This document shows, piece after piece, positions 6,822-15,596 of a DNA stretch of 24,340 nucleotides. How positions within the stretch are numbered: position 1 is the first letter of the stretch; the number at the start of each line of letters is the position of its first letter. A program made the translations under genes and the position numbers. A model generated the notes under the pieces. The model was not told the origin of the DNA and did not search any database. It saw only the letters and a list, made by a program, of their open reading frames with translations. Source of the stretch: Microcystaceae cyanobacterium (GTDB taxonomy: Bacteria; Cyanobacteriota; Cyanobacteriia; Cyanobacteriales; Microcystaceae); contig JBGTGT010000066.1 in assembly GCA_041746575.1 (NCBI GenBank), positions 1 to 24,340 on the forward strand, in the 5' to 3' direction.

Positions 6822-6991
6822 TGTGGCGATATTTTCTCTTAGTGGGTTTAGGCTTTTTATTAAATTTTTGTACGATGCAACCTAAAGTTATGGTTAAGTG
6901 TGCTGTCAATAAAGGTAAAAATTATCCAATTTATTATTATTATTCTCACTCTAAATGTGTAGAAATTGAGAAAATTTTAAAAGGAGAGTAA
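6821..6991 (+). CDS. Small membrane/lipoprotein-like protein, 56 aa
   Basis: Manual translation MWRYFLLVGLGFLLNFCTMQPKVMVKCAVNKGKNYPIYYYYSHSKCVEIEKILKGE; TAATG coupling to the upstream gene. Confidence 0.6.
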   Translation: MWRYFLLVGLGFLLNFCTMQPKVMVKCAVNKGKNYPIYYYYSHSKCVEIEKILKGE

Positions 6992-6997
6992 AAAGTA

Positions 6998-7822
6998 ATG
7001 GGCGTTTTTATTCAGGGCATAAATGGCATAATTGGTGAACAAGGATCAGGAAAAGGTTTTGCTATGTTGAAAATTGGTCTTTTGTATGCTAATCAAATTC
7101 AATATGATCTTTGTTTTAATTTTGAAATTGATGAAAAGGCTTTGTATAATTATTGTTTGGAAATGGGATATACATGGCTATTAAGCAGAATACTACATAA
7201 TAAAATAAGAGTAAAGAATAGTAAGGATTTAATTAGTTTTATGGATCTGCCTAAGACGATTTATATATTAGATGAAGCCGGTGTTTATCTTAATTCAAGG
7301 CGTTTTCGTGATATTGATCCTGACTTTTTACATGAAATCGCACAAGTAAGGCATGATTGTAAATTGCTTTGGTGGGTCGCACAATATCCTGAAATGGTTG
7401 ATAAAATGCTAAGGAGCCTTACCGCTTCTTTTATCCAAGTTGATGGCAAACAAAGATTTAATAAAAAATTAGGAAATTCTGAATTAATTTGGCAGCGTAT
7501 TTATTTATTTAATGCTCGAAATTTTAATATTTATTTATCTAAGGTTCATGATAAATTTACAGGAATTAAATACTGGTTGAATGCTCGTAGATTGGCTGAT
7601 TTTCACTGGGAAGGGGTTCTCGATTATTCTGATAAAATGATTTTTGATATTTATCAGAGTTTTGGTTACAGAGTGGGTGATTCAGTTGTGAAACAAATTA
7701 AAAAACATAAGCACAATTCAAAATTAATTTATGTTAATTATCCTTCTAAAATTCTGGAAGAATCTAATGATCAAGAGAATTCTATTATTCCTATTAAGCT
7801 CGACGTTTCTCACTTATTTTAA
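6998..7822 (+). CDS. Zot/pI-like morphogenesis ATPase
   Basis: Walker A GEQGSGKG, Walker B IYILDEAG, RH...AQ....DKMLR motif; AGGAG RBS. Confidence 0.9.
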   Translation: MGVFIQGINGIIGEQGSGKGFAMLKIGLLYANQIQYDLCFNFEIDEKALYNYCLEMGYTWLLSRILHNKIRVKNSKDLISFMDLPKTIYILDEAGVYLNSRRFRDIDPDFLHEIAQVRHDCKLLWWVAQYPEMVDKMLRSLTASFIQVDGKQRFNKKLGNSELIWQRIYLFNARNFNIYLSKVHDKFTGIKYWLNARRLADFHWEGVLDYSDKMIFDIYQSFGYRVGDSVVKQIKKHKHNSKLIYVNYPSKILEESNDQENSIIPIKLDVSHLF

Positions 7823-8360
7823 TGGTTTAAAGGCTTATGCTTATGCTTATCCTAATCCTAATCAGTTTTTTGTAGAGGGATTTAATTCTGCTGGATCTGT
7901 AAATTCTTTTCTGCAAAAATGGGAAAATTATATTAACGGATTTCCTAAAGATCCTAATAAGTTTCCCTGTAACTGTAATCCTGTTTTATTTGCTAGATTT
8001 TGGAACTATTACGATCATCCAGATTATTCAGCGTGGGATCATTATGGTAAAGAAGAGGGGAATTCAGATACGGCTACTTTTCGCAACGGAGGTTCGTGTA
8101 AATGGAAAGTTGCTATTAACGAGTTTAACTCTTCGATACTTTCTTCAGAGTTTAGTGCTTTGGTTGCTGCTTATAGCAAGTCGTATCATTATTTTTCAGC
8201 ATCCTTTAATTACAATGTTCCCGGCGGTATTTATGAGGGCGATCTTGAAAAATGTCGTTCTAACGCTCCACCGTTTTCACCTAATGATCCGGGCAGTTGT
8301 CCACGGGTAAATGTTCGGAGTCTTCCAGTTGTTCGTGTGCGTGTTACTTGTACTCAATAA
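7767..8360 (+). CDS. Secreted Cys-containing hypothetical phage protein
   Basis: MIKRILLFLLSS...AYAYA signal peptide; 6 Cys; rich in Asn, Tyr and Trp. Confidence 0.65.
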   Translation: MIKRILLFLLSSTFLTYFNGLKAYAYAYPNPNQFFVEGFNSAGSVNSFLQKWENYINGFPKDPNKFPCNCNPVLFARFWNYYDHPDYSAWDHYGKEEGNSDTATFRNGGSCKWKVAINEFNSSILSSEFSALVAAYSKSYHYFSASFNYNVPGGIYEGDLEKCRSNAPPFSPNDPGSCPRVNVRSLPVVRVRVTCTQ

Positions 8361-8372
8361 AGAGGTTTTATT

Positions 8373-8825
8373 ATGAGGGGTTTTACGTTAGTTGAGACTA
8401 TGGTGGCGGTTTTAATCGCTGGTGTTTTGGCGACGATTGCTGTTCCTCAGTTACAGGGAATTGTCAAGGCGCAATCTGAGGGATATGAGATTGAGCAGAT
8501 TCAAGATTTTATTAAGATAGCTCAAAGGAATGCAATCCGGCGTTCACAAGGCTGTCAGGTTGATTTCGTTGTGTCTGGTCAAAAGGTTTCGGGGCTTGGG
8601 TCTAACTGTGATGGGGTCACTCAGCAATTAAGGATTGAGCAAGATATTAATTATGTTGGTAGTCAAGTTATAGATTTTAATTTCCGTGGTTATGTGGTTA
8701 GTTCTGCTGGAGCTCTTAGCCGTGATTTTGAAACTTTATTTTTCTCTAAGAGTTATTGTGTTGTTGTGGGTACTAATATCGGTTTGATCCGCAAGGGGGT
8801 TTATTCTGGATTTTGCAAGATTTAG
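8373..8825 (+). CDS. Type IV pilin/pseudopilin-like protein (FimT/GspH-like)
   Basis: Prepilin cleavage/methylation motif MRG|FTLVE followed by a hydrophobic helix to AVP; AQRNAIRR motif; 4 Cys; GAGG RBS. Confidence 0.88.
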   Translation: MRGFTLVETMVAVLIAGVLATIAVPQLQGIVKAQSEGYEIEQIQDFIKIAQRNAIRRSQGCQVDFVVSGQKVSGLGSNCDGVTQQLRIEQDINYVGSQVIDFNFRGYVVSSAGALSRDFETLFFSKSYCVVVGTNIGLIRKGVYSGFCKI

Positions 8826-8881
8826 TATAAGTTAACTATTTATTTGTCTTACTTAAGTCGGTAAGTTGTCTTACTCTTGGG

Positions 8882-9238
8882 TCATTCGTTTAAATACCAA
8901 AGCACAAAAACTGCCAACAAGACAACAGTAAAAACGACAGTAGTTGTTACCAAACTAACGCCAAAACCGTCTACCAATTGATCCGTAATTAATGTACCAA
9001 CAATACTTATTAAAATAACCACCAGCCAGTAACTTAAGGGGACATACCGTTTAAGTCTAAACTGATTGAAAAGAGCCATCAGTAGCAAACCCCCCATGAG
9101 ATAGGATGTAATGCCTAAACCAAGATTCATTGTAAAGGCCAAAAAATCAGCCCCTGTTTCACCTACCGTGGTGGCTAGAACTTTAATAATCCAGAAATAA
9201 AATGTTACGTCTGGAACCCTATTTAACATTTTCCTCAT
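8882..9238 (-). pseudogene. 5' half of a DUF347/COG4705 membrane protein gene, truncated by the prophage
   Basis: MLNRVPDVTFYFWIIKVLATTVGETGADFL signature; ends abruptly at WYLNE with a stop supplied by element sequence. From memory of the family, it normally continues E[K/R]TLS and is about twice as long. Confidence 0.85.
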
Positions 9239-9323
9239 GATATTTTTCCTTAGTCCTATCATTGATGACTTCATCATCAAAGGAAAAAATCAAGAACTTA
9301 AAAAGATCTGGCTCTTAAAATAG

Positions 9324-9403
9324 GGCGTTGCTGAATAAGAGGGGGATCATGACCCTCAAAGCCAGTAAACTCGTACAAAAACCACTCCAAAATCAGCGAC
9401 GCT
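9324..9403. repeat. Possible ~80-bp MITE-like element
   Basis: Imperfect terminal inverted repeats GCGTTGCTGA (9325-9334) / TCAGCGACGC (9393-9402). Confidence 0.4.
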
Positions 9404-9675
9404 TAATGGTAGGGGTGCGTATATTTGCGCCAACAAATAGGTTACATTAGTTTGCAATTCGCGAGGCTCATCTTTCAGAACCTTAAAGGGCTAAAAATCT
9501 TGCTGTCAGAGGTTCTTAGCGTAGTTGTCGTTTCCCCTGTAAACTGAGTTAAGTCATCCTTTAAAGGGAAAAAGATAGGTTTTAGGTTTTCAGTTTGGGG
9601 CAATCGGCTTAAAACCTTACACCTGCTCCTCCTAACCTATCGCTTACACCTTGTCAAATCCGTTTTTTTAAGTTA

Positions 9676-10161
9676 TTAACGTAAACGAATGACTAATCTT
9701 CGGTCGGGTTCATGTCCTCGGCTTTCGGTCTCTAAGTCCGTTGCATCTTTGAGAAAAGTATGGATTTGACGACGTTCTGCCGAAGAGAGGGATTTCATTT
9801 CTACCGCCTGCCCCGTCTGACGCACTTGCTCAGCGACTTGTTCAGCTAAGGTCTTTAATTCCAGTTGTCGTTTCAGGCGATATCCCACTAATTCGATGGT
9901 GAACGCTTGTTGGTCTTCGTATTCAATATTGAGATTGACCAACGTATTCGCTAAATACTGAATCGCATCCAGACTTTCCCCGTGAACGCCTAATAAAATA
10001 TTAAGCTGTTCAGGACTAAGATTTGCTTCATTGATGACTAACCAGATAGCGTTATTGGTTTCATCCATTGCATCTCGTTCAACACTAACGGTTGTTTTGA
10101 TTCCCATCAACTCTAATAGAGTTTCTAACCATTCTTTCCCTCTGGTCATTTGTTGGTTCAT
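9676..10161 (-). CDS. jag: Jag/KhpB (EloR) family RNA-binding protein (KH + R3H)
   Basis: LLGVHGESLDAIQYL KH motif; ERRQIH R3H motif; downstream of yidC. Confidence 0.92.
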   Translation of the reverse strand: MNQQMTRGKEWLETLLELMGIKTTVSVERDAMDETNNAIWLVINEANLSPEQLNILLGVHGESLDAIQYLANTLVNLNIEYEDQQAFTIELVGYRLKRQLELKTLAEQVAEQVRQTGQAVEMKSLSSAERRQIHTFLKDATDLETESRGHEPDRRLVIRLR

Positions 10162-10218
10162 TGTTACTTCACTGAATCCTTACGCTAACGGTCAGACAAC
10201 ATACGTTATATTTTAAAG

Positions 10219-11364
10219 CTAAGAAGTTTTCTCTTTCTTCTTATTTCGCTTTTCAAAAGGCAGGGTTTCCCGTCCTTTTTCGGTTTTTTCCTGTTCTTCT
10301 ACTAACTTTTGCAGATTTTCAGGGAGAGGTTCCCGCATTAAAATCACAGTTTGCAGGGTTTGGAAAATGTTTGCCACCACAATGTACATCAAAACCCCTG
10401 CCGGAAGGGGGAAAAAGAGGAACATAGACGTAAAAAGAAGAGGAGTGAGCTTATTGACCATCTGTTGCTGTTGTGCACCAGAACCCCCTGCTCCTTTGGC
10501 ACCGGATAATTCTTGGTTAAGATAAACGCTCAAGCCAAAAAATAAGACCATGCCCAAGATATCCCAGTTAATTTTACCGTTTTCGCCAACGACGCCGACT
10601 TGACCTAAGGCTTCAATAAATAAAAACCCTGAATCGGCCGCAATTCCCGGAATCGTCCCTTGAATGGTCGCTTCCCCCGGTGTTAAGGCTTCAACTGTAC
10701 CGTCGGAGTTGACTTGAATGCGTTCTTCCCCTTTTGTTACCTTCCATCGAGGTTGAATATCCTTTTGAGAGAATTCTGTCGCCAATTGGCTTAAGGTTTT
10801 TCCTTCGGGGGTTTGAAAATCAATTTGCGCTTTTTCTCCCACACCCAATTTATTTCCACTCGGCAGTAAAGCACTAACGGGATAGTGAACCCCATCTTCA
10901 ATGTAGATATTTTGTGGTTTTGTCACGAAAGGTTGCGGAATAACCCGCTCCATCTGTTCGGCAGGAATGACCTGTACATCTACCGTATAGTTAATATTTG
11001 AAAAAGGTGAGCCGCGTAGCGTGGCAAAAAGAGCGAATAAAATAGGCATTTGCACCAATAGAGGCAAGCATCCCGCCAAAGGGTTGCCAAATTCCTGCAT
11101 TAGCTTAGCCATTTCTTCTTGCTGTTTCGTTGGGTCGTTTTTATGGCGTTTTTGAATTTCCTCTTGTCTTTCTTTCATGAGAGGTTGCGTAATCCGCATT
11201 TTGCGCATATTGCGAATTTGCCCCGCACTGAGAGGATACAAGGCAAAGCGAATTACGAGGGTTAAGGCAATGATGGCAAAGCCATAACTCGGCACAATCC
11301 CGTAGAAAAAGTCAAGGATTGGCAACATGATATTTGTGGAAATAAATCCAACTCCAAAGTCCAT
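10219..11364 (-). CDS. yidC: Membrane protein insertase YidC/Alb3
   Basis: [46 protein letters not shown]; conserved operon. Confidence 0.97.
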   Translation of the reverse strand: MDFGVGFISTNIMLPILDFFYGIVPSYGFAIIALTLVIRFALYPLSAGQIRNMRKMRITQPLMKERQEEIQKRHKNDPTKQQEEMAKLMQEFGNPLAGCLPLLVQMPILFALFATLRGSPFSNINYTVDVQVIPAEQMERVIPQPFVTKPQNIYIEDGVHYPVSALLPSGNKLGVGEKAQIDFQTPEGKTLSQLATEFSQKDIQPRWKVTKGEERIQVNSDGTVEALTPGEATIQGTIPGIAADSGFLFIEALGQVGVVGENGKINWDILGMVLFFGLSVYLNQELSGAKGAGGSGAQQQQMVNKLTPLLFTSMFLFFPLPAGVLMYIVVANIFQTLQTVILMREPLPENLQKLVEEQEKTEKGRETLPFEKRNKKKEKTS

Positions 11365-11439
11365 TCGTCTAAGTCCAATTATCCCTTTATTAATTTATCC
11401 ATTAAATGTTGGAAGGTTAACCACCGTCAAATGCAGTTG

Positions 11440-11832
11440 TTACCCCTTAATTGCTTCCAACGGCCGTCCTGTTTTTGCCGCCGCACGTTCGGCAATATAA
11501 TCAGAGATTTCCCGAAAGCGAGGTATTGCCCGCAGTTCTAAGCGACTCCCATCTTTGAGGGTGACGACAATATCTCCCCAGAGACCAATCCCTCTGGAAA
11601 TTTTGACAATCTTAACAATCTCAGGGTAAATGATGTCGGTGCGATCGCGACCCATCCAGCCCCCTGTCACAGAGATACGACGGTCGGTAATGCGATAACG
11701 CAACCACAGCGCACGAACCACTGCCCCAACGGTCAAGGGTAAACAAATAACGGTAAACCCCAGTAATATATTGACAATTAAGTCACCGATATGGGGGCCG
11801 CCTTCATAATAGGTTTCTTCTCGAATGCCCAT
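11440..11832 (-). CDS. Bacterial PH-domain membrane protein
   Basis: LRYRITDRRISVTGG motif; usual position between rnpA and yidC in cyanobacteria. Confidence 0.88.
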   Translation of the reverse strand: MGIREETYYEGGPHIGDLIVNILLGFTVICLPLTVGAVVRALWLRYRITDRRISVTGGWMGRDRTDIIYPEIVKIVKISRGIGLWGDIVVTLKDGSRLELRAIPRFREISDYIAERAAAKTGRPLEAIKG

Positions 11833-12184
11833 GAATGATCTCAGCTTGAATGAACAACTGCTTTAATTCTCGCAAAAAATGTTCATAATTGCACTCTAAA
11901 CTTTGGCGACGGACGATGATTACCATTTTCCAACTAGCGGTAATTTGAGGTAACAATGTCCGAATAACTGCCCGAATCTGTCTTTTTAGACGATTACGAG
12001 TGACAGCTTGCTTACTCACTTTACGACTAATAGTAATACCAAAGCGAGAAGCCGGATGGTCTTCTTTAAGGCTGACAGCCAGAACTTTGAGGACAAAATG
12101 GGAGCTTTTATAAGTCTTGCCCTGCTTATAGACTTGCTGAAAGTCTTTGTGGTGTCTAAGTCGATGAATTTGGGGTAATCCCAC
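11804..12184 (-). CDS. rnpA: Ribonuclease P protein component
   Basis: RFGITISRKVSKQAVTRNRLKR (RNR motif). Confidence 0.97.
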   Translation of the reverse strand: MGLPQIHRLRHHKDFQQVYKQGKTYKSSHFVLKVLAVSLKEDHPASRFGITISRKVSKQAVTRNRLKRQIRAVIRTLLPQITASWKMVIIVRRQSLECNYEHFLRELKQLFIQAEIIHGHSRRNLL

Positions 12185-12219
12185 CGATTTTTTGCATTTT
12201 TAATGATAATTGCAGAAAT

Positions 12220-12357
12220 TTATACTGCCAAGCGATGACGGCCTTTTTTTCTGCGGGATTGAACAACTCTTCGTCCGGTATGGCTCTGCATCCGAGCGCG
12301 AAATCCCGATGTTCTTTTTTGTTTACGAACTGTTCCACCTAAGGTACGCTGAGTCAC
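12220..12357 (-). CDS. rpmH: 50S ribosomal protein L34
   Basis: Manual translation from [55 protein letters not shown]. Confidence 0.97.
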   Translation of the reverse strand: MTQRTLGGTVRKQKRTSGFRARMQSHTGRRVVQSRRKKGRHRLAV

Positions 12358-12481
12358 AATTTTTCCTCTAGATAAAGACACAATCAATGATTATATCATT
12401 TACCAGGTTTGTTCTGAAAAAAAAACCGCTTAGAGCGGGCTAGATCGTTATTTAGAAAAGTAGATAAGACTTTTAACGGTT

Positions 12482-13147
12482 TTAAACTCTTGCGGGTGCG
12501 CCAACGTATTGTTTAGGAATCCAGCCCCCTGTCGCTAATTCCACCCAATCACCTACACCAGCGTGGTACACATCTTTATCGGTGATTTTGACGGCTTCGC
12601 CATTATGAACGTAACCGATCACTTTTGAAGCTAAATTGGGTTCCGCATAAACGGAAATGGGATCTTCGCTACCTCGAACAATAGCATCATAGTAACGATG
12701 GTGATGATGGACAACTTCATCCGTATCTCGACCTTTTGCCCATGCTAACAAGGCGGGAAGCCCCAAAATCGGCAGTAACAACCACCACCAAGGGAACTTT
12801 GTCGTTAAGGAAACGGCATCTTCATCGCCAAAGGAAGCCCCACTGACTTGATCATAATAACAAGTGAGCTTGAATAATCCCCCGTCTTTGAGTAAATTTA
12901 AGACAATTTTGACATCTTTCCCCCCCTTGTCTGAATCACCCGCATAAACGACTTTTTTCAGTTCAAAGCCTTTTTGTTGTGCCTGTTCAACACAGGACGT
13001 TTCAGCCGTTCGGACAACTGCTGGATCAGCCGCTTGAGCGGGGGGGTGCATCACGCTTAAACTAGAAGCGAAGATGACTGCCGTTGCGACTTTGGCAGAC
13101 CAACGATTCAAAGAAAGTTGATTCATGATATTCATTGGGTATTTCAA
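12482..13147 (-). CDS. Exported/membrane protein with a C-terminal SH3-like domain
   Basis: Signal peptide ending AQA, WWWLLLPILGL TM segment, VYAEPNL..KVIG...GE.V...W...GGWI SH3b pattern; start uncertain. Confidence 0.7.
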   Translation of the reverse strand: MKYPMNIMNQLSLNRWSAKVATAVIFASSLSVMHPPAQAADPAVVRTAETSCVEQAQQKGFELKKVVYAGDSDKGGKDVKIVLNLLKDGGLFKLTCYYDQVSGASFGDEDAVSLTTKFPWWWLLLPILGLPALLAWAKGRDTDEVVHHHHRYYDAIVRGSEDPISVYAEPNLASKVIGYVHNGEAVKITDKDVYHAGVGDWVELATGGWIPKQYVGAPARV

Positions 13148-13441
13148 AAAAATTTTGGCCTAACTGTAGCATAATTCCAGAACTCAACAGGTCAAAATTT
13201 AATATTTTCTTCCCAATTTAGGTTAATTAATCTTTAAATTTTAGGACAACGTTATTAGACTAGGCGATACTAGCTGACTAAAACTAAGTCATCATAAAGG
13301 CGGTAATTTTTCGTTCCCAGTTTGGGTGAAGAACATTTAAAGAGGGCTTATTGCATTGCTCGGTTAGATACAGCCAAGGAAACGGGCTTGGACTTGATGA
13401 TAAACTGTCCCATTCTTTTTGTTCTTTTTTGGGAATATTAC

Positions 13442-13657
13442 TTAATATCCTGTCACCGTAATCAGATCACGAATCAGCGAGGTACGGTGATTCAAATAGA
13501 TTTTTAAACAGTGGTAATCGTCAGGGGTGAGGGGCTGTCTAAGGGACATCTCTCGGAGTAAGCAGGTTACTAATTCAGTATCATTAAGGTCTAGTAGAAT
13601 TTTGGGCGAAAGTTCTGACACCAATTTCCAAATTTGTCGCAGAATCTTCGTGTTCAT
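13442..13657 (-). CDS. Conserved cyanobacterial small hypothetical protein
   Basis: MNTKILRQIW...LLDLNDTELV...RTSLIRDL pattern; GAGG upstream of ATG 13657. Confidence 0.7.
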   Translation of the reverse strand: MNTKILRQIWKLVSELSPKILLDLNDTELVTCLLREMSLRQPLTPDDYHCLKIYLNHRTSLIRDLITVTGY

Positions 13658-13834
13658 ACTTCTTCCCCTCACCATTCAGTGCATCGTTTTCTAAGAATCT
13701 GTAGCACATTTTAGCGGTTTATTTTCTTAAAACAGTATTAAATTTTACCGACAAGGTAAATTGAGCTGCCTCACTCAATAGATAATCTTGAGTCAAATCA
13801 GTTAACCTTCCCTCTTCGTGATCATAAAATTCGC

Positions 13835-15187
13835 TCATTCTTGAAAATAACGACGAAAGTATTGGGCGTATAAAGGGCAACTAGCAAGGGTTTGATGATT
13901 TTTAATTTGTACCAATCCCAAGCTTTGTAGTTTAAAAGCAGTCAGCAAATCAAGGTCGATAGGGTTATCTGCCATCACGACTTTCTCATAGGCTTCAACT
14001 AGAAATTCGGGTTGATTTTGTAAACCTAATAGTTGCCGTCTAAGGTGATTTTGATAAATAGATTGAGAGGCATTAATGGCTTCTTCTAATAAGTCATCTA
14101 AAGCCATTTCATCCTGAGAAAGATGATACAAAGACAATCGAATAAGATAAGGATTTCCTCCCACCAAATCCATCAGCTTTTTAACGTCTTGAACTGTCCA
14201 GTCTAGCTGATACTGATGAGCTAATGCTTCAACTTGTTGCTGGCTAAATTCAGGTAATTCAACGGGCAAACCTACGTTAAAAGGAGATTGATTAACCGTT
14301 AGTGGAATATAGACTTCAGTGGAATGGGCCACAATTAACCGTAGTTTTTGCCAAATTTCTCTGTTTTTACTTTCTTCATGCCAAGAACGCAGTAAACCAA
14401 AGAAGTCATCAGCTAAATCAGGGTACTGAAAAAGATAGTCGACATCGTCAAGTCCCAAAATAATTGGCTGTTGAATATTCGCTAAGATGTACTGTTCTAG
14501 ATACAGTTTACAACTAATTTTACTGCCAAATAAATCGTCCCAATAATCATTTAAACGATTGGGTAAAGCGAGGGACAAGGTGAGATTTGCACAAAACCAT
14601 TTGAGAAATAAATCGAGATTTTGCAGGAGATTTCTATCCACCAACAATAAGCTTAAGTAAACCGTTCGATAGTCTTTTTGTTTACCTGAAGCTAATATTC
14701 GAGTCATCAAAGAGGTTTTTCCCGTTCGACGTGACCCCTTGAGACGCAATAACGCCCCTGGTTGTAAAATGGCTTTATAGCACTCAGTTTCAATAGGCGA
14801 TCGCTCAACATAATAGAGGGAATCGAGGGGAACTTGTCCTTCGGGAAGTTCGGGTTGCGATTGAAACGAAGAGGATTCTTCGTTAAATAAAGGGCTATCG
14901 GGTTTATAAAAGTCTTTTGTTTCTAAAATCAGGTTAAAAGCCTGAAAAAAGATTTTGAGAGAACTGCGATCTACGGGAATTTCGTTGTCTAAAATTTTAT
15001 TACAGGTATCAACAGACAAACCGGTTTTTTCGCTTAAGGATTCTAGGGTATAGCGATTTCCTCGGTTTTTATCAAATTCTGCCTGTATTTTGGCTTCTTG
15101 TAACCTTCCAATTCCCGTTTCCGTCAGTAGAACACCCCGTAAGCGTTTCTTTTTCGGGAATTTAGGTTGGGTCATTGCTATTCTCAT
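13835..15187 (-). CDS. HTH + AAA_35 (P-loop) regulator
   Basis: RGVLLTETG...YTLESLSEKTGLSVDT HTH; YYVERSPIE, GSRRTGKTSL, LGLDDVD, SPFNVG, GGNPYL. Confidence 0.88.
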   Translation of the reverse strand: MRIAMTQPKFPKKKRLRGVLLTETGIGRLQEAKIQAEFDKNRGNRYTLESLSEKTGLSVDTCNKILDNEIPVDRSSLKIFFQAFNLILETKDFYKPDSPLFNEESSSFQSQPELPEGQVPLDSLYYVERSPIETECYKAILQPGALLRLKGSRRTGKTSLMTRILASGKQKDYRTVYLSLLLVDRNLLQNLDLFLKWFCANLTLSLALPNRLNDYWDDLFGSKISCKLYLEQYILANIQQPIILGLDDVDYLFQYPDLADDFFGLLRSWHEESKNREIWQKLRLIVAHSTEVYIPLTVNQSPFNVGLPVELPEFSQQQVEALAHQYQLDWTVQDVKKLMDLVGGNPYLIRLSLYHLSQDEMALDDLLEEAINASQSIYQNHLRRQLLGLQNQPEFLVEAYEKVVMADNPIDLDLLTAFKLQSLGLVQIKNHQTLASCPLYAQYFRRYFQE

Positions 15188-15226
15188 TGTTATCAGTTTA
15201 GGGAACGTGTTATCAGTTTAGGGAAC
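15188..15226. repeat. 19-bp direct repeat x2 (TGTTATCAGTTTAGGGAAC)
   Basis: 15188-15206 and 15208-15226, identical. Confidence 0.9.
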
Positions 15227-15282
15227 AGAGAAATTTCAGCTAAATCTATCTTACGTTAGATACTATGCCAAAACAATCTATT

Positions 15283-15343
15283 AACCTCATACTAATCTCA
15301 TATTAATCTCATAAGTTATGATATTAATCTCATAAATCTCATA
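15283..15343. repeat. Five AATCTCATA-like direct repeats (candidate operator)
   Basis: Copies at 15283 (AACCTCATA), 15294, 15305, 15326 and 15335; the first three have an 11-nt period. Confidence 0.75.
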
Positions 15344-15596
15344 AAAATTTTTGAGGAATTATATTAGGATAAGAGAAATTAGATGAGGAATTGAACACAT
15401 AATAAGAAAGCTTAAAGTGCCTTCTGTAAGTAGCTTTCATGCAAAAAAAGTTTAAATTCCTTAAGTTCTTGCTTAAGATCCTAAACTTCTGTTGTTGAAA
15501 TCAAAGTTTACCGTAAAACTATAAGAAGACAAGGCTAACGTTTAGTCAATGTCATTGTCTGATCCATTTGTTAGAACTCAGTGAGAAAAGAAAATC

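Larger units (their letters stand above)
1..8887. mobile_element. Integrated filamentous-phage (inovirus-like) prophage using an IS110-family recombinase; TTC core at 1-3 and 8885-8887
   Basis: Gene order is Rep_trans, SSB-like, small TM proteins, coat, pIII/pVI-like, Zot ATPase. The + strand is T-rich. The right boundary truncates a host gene at 8885-8887, and both ends match guide segments at 1571-1610. Confidence 0.9.

Noticed and set aside
6998..7822. Zot as an enterotoxin
   Set aside because: Only the ATPase domain is present, and the context indicates phage morphogenesis.
7990..8310. 106-aa alternative-frame ORF
   Set aside because: Nested in 7767-8360 with a TTG start and no RBS; its hydrophobicity is explained by T-rich wobble positions of the main frame.
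8866..8887. Promoter formed across the circle junction (TTGTCT, 17 nt, TACTAA)
   Set aside because: The -10 box lacks the conserved final T and it would point antisense to the recombinase; too weak in AT-rich DNA.
12156..12338. 60-aa ORF from the track
   Set aside because: Wrong frame over rpmH (12220-12357).
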